Below, one piece after another: positions 63,460-64,000 of a DNA stretch of 64,000 nt. Within the stretch, counting starts at the first letter, position 1. Each line of letters begins with the position of its first letter. A program made the position numbers and the translations under genes. This DNA is from Octopus vulgaris (taxonomy: Eukaryota), in contig OX597815.1 of the NCBI GenBank assembly GCA_951406725.2, positions 57,102,001-57,166,000 of the forward strand, read 5' to 3'. Below the pieces are notes generated by a model. The model did not search any database, was not told the origin of the DNA, and saw only the letters and a program-made list of their open reading frames with translations.

Positions 63460-64000
63460 ATAACCGAAAGCTTGGGTAGATCAGAAGTGATTCTATAAAG
63501 AAACAAATGGATAGTGTACAGATGAAAAGTTGATACCAGATAACAATGAAAGTGAAAGGTTCTGGAGTGACATCTGGAGTAAAGACAAGGTGCACAAGAA
63601 GGATGCTGAATGGTTGCAAGAACTGAAACAAACAGTAGTCTGTCCAAAACAGGCAGAACTAGTAATTTCAGTTAAGGGAGTGAAGGAAATCAGCACAAAA
63701 ATGAGCAAGTGGAAGGCCCTGGGACCAGATGGGTGGTGAATGTTATGCACGAATAGCTGCGCAATTCAACACTTTGTTAAATGCGGACCAAGTAGCAAAA
63801 TATCTTCATGGAATACAATGCAGACATTTAAATTGATAGCGTTTTTCTAAGGATGTGGGCAGTACTTGTTAGCAAAATCTTTTGAATTTCTGAGACATGG
63901 TTCTCCTGGAATACTATCTAGATGTTTCCGATATCCCTTTCTTATCATATCTAGGGTAACTACAATCACAGAAGCAGTTCTAGCTTTAAGATGCCACATA
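63460..64000. mobile_element. Dong/R4 fragments (+ strand RT N-region, then - strand RLE-like region)
   Basis: ERFWSDIWS...AEWL...KWKALGPDG on +; weak RLE C-terminal words on -. Confidence 0.6.

Overview
Eukaryotic, AT-rich DNA saturated with transposons. The mix of tRNA-type SINEs, RTE/CR1/Dong LINEs, Penelope-like elements and (TA)n/(TAA)n microsatellites most resembles an octopus or other cephalopod genome (inference). About three quarters of the window is nested mobile DNA: one near-intact full-length RTE LINE (1099-aa ORF), a near-intact CR1-like ORF2, several Penelope-like elements with hammerhead-ribozyme motifs, mariners, a Tigger relic, a degenerate Gypsy, a CRE-like and several Dong/R4 RLE retrotransposons, and a Helitron-type end. 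Probable host sequence is limited to a terminal coding exon at 13.8 kb (C-terminal TM helix plus a KASH-like tail) and a TE-poor island at 54-58 kb that looks like a non-coding snoRNA host gene. Best leads: (i) a complete C4HC3 PHD finger inserted inside the RT domain of one RTE family; (ii) the duplicated intronic ncRNA cluster; (iii) an expandable array of pseudoknot-like 62-bp modules in the RTE 3' region; (iv) several minimal hammerheads. All family calls come from motifs read by eye; no database search was run.
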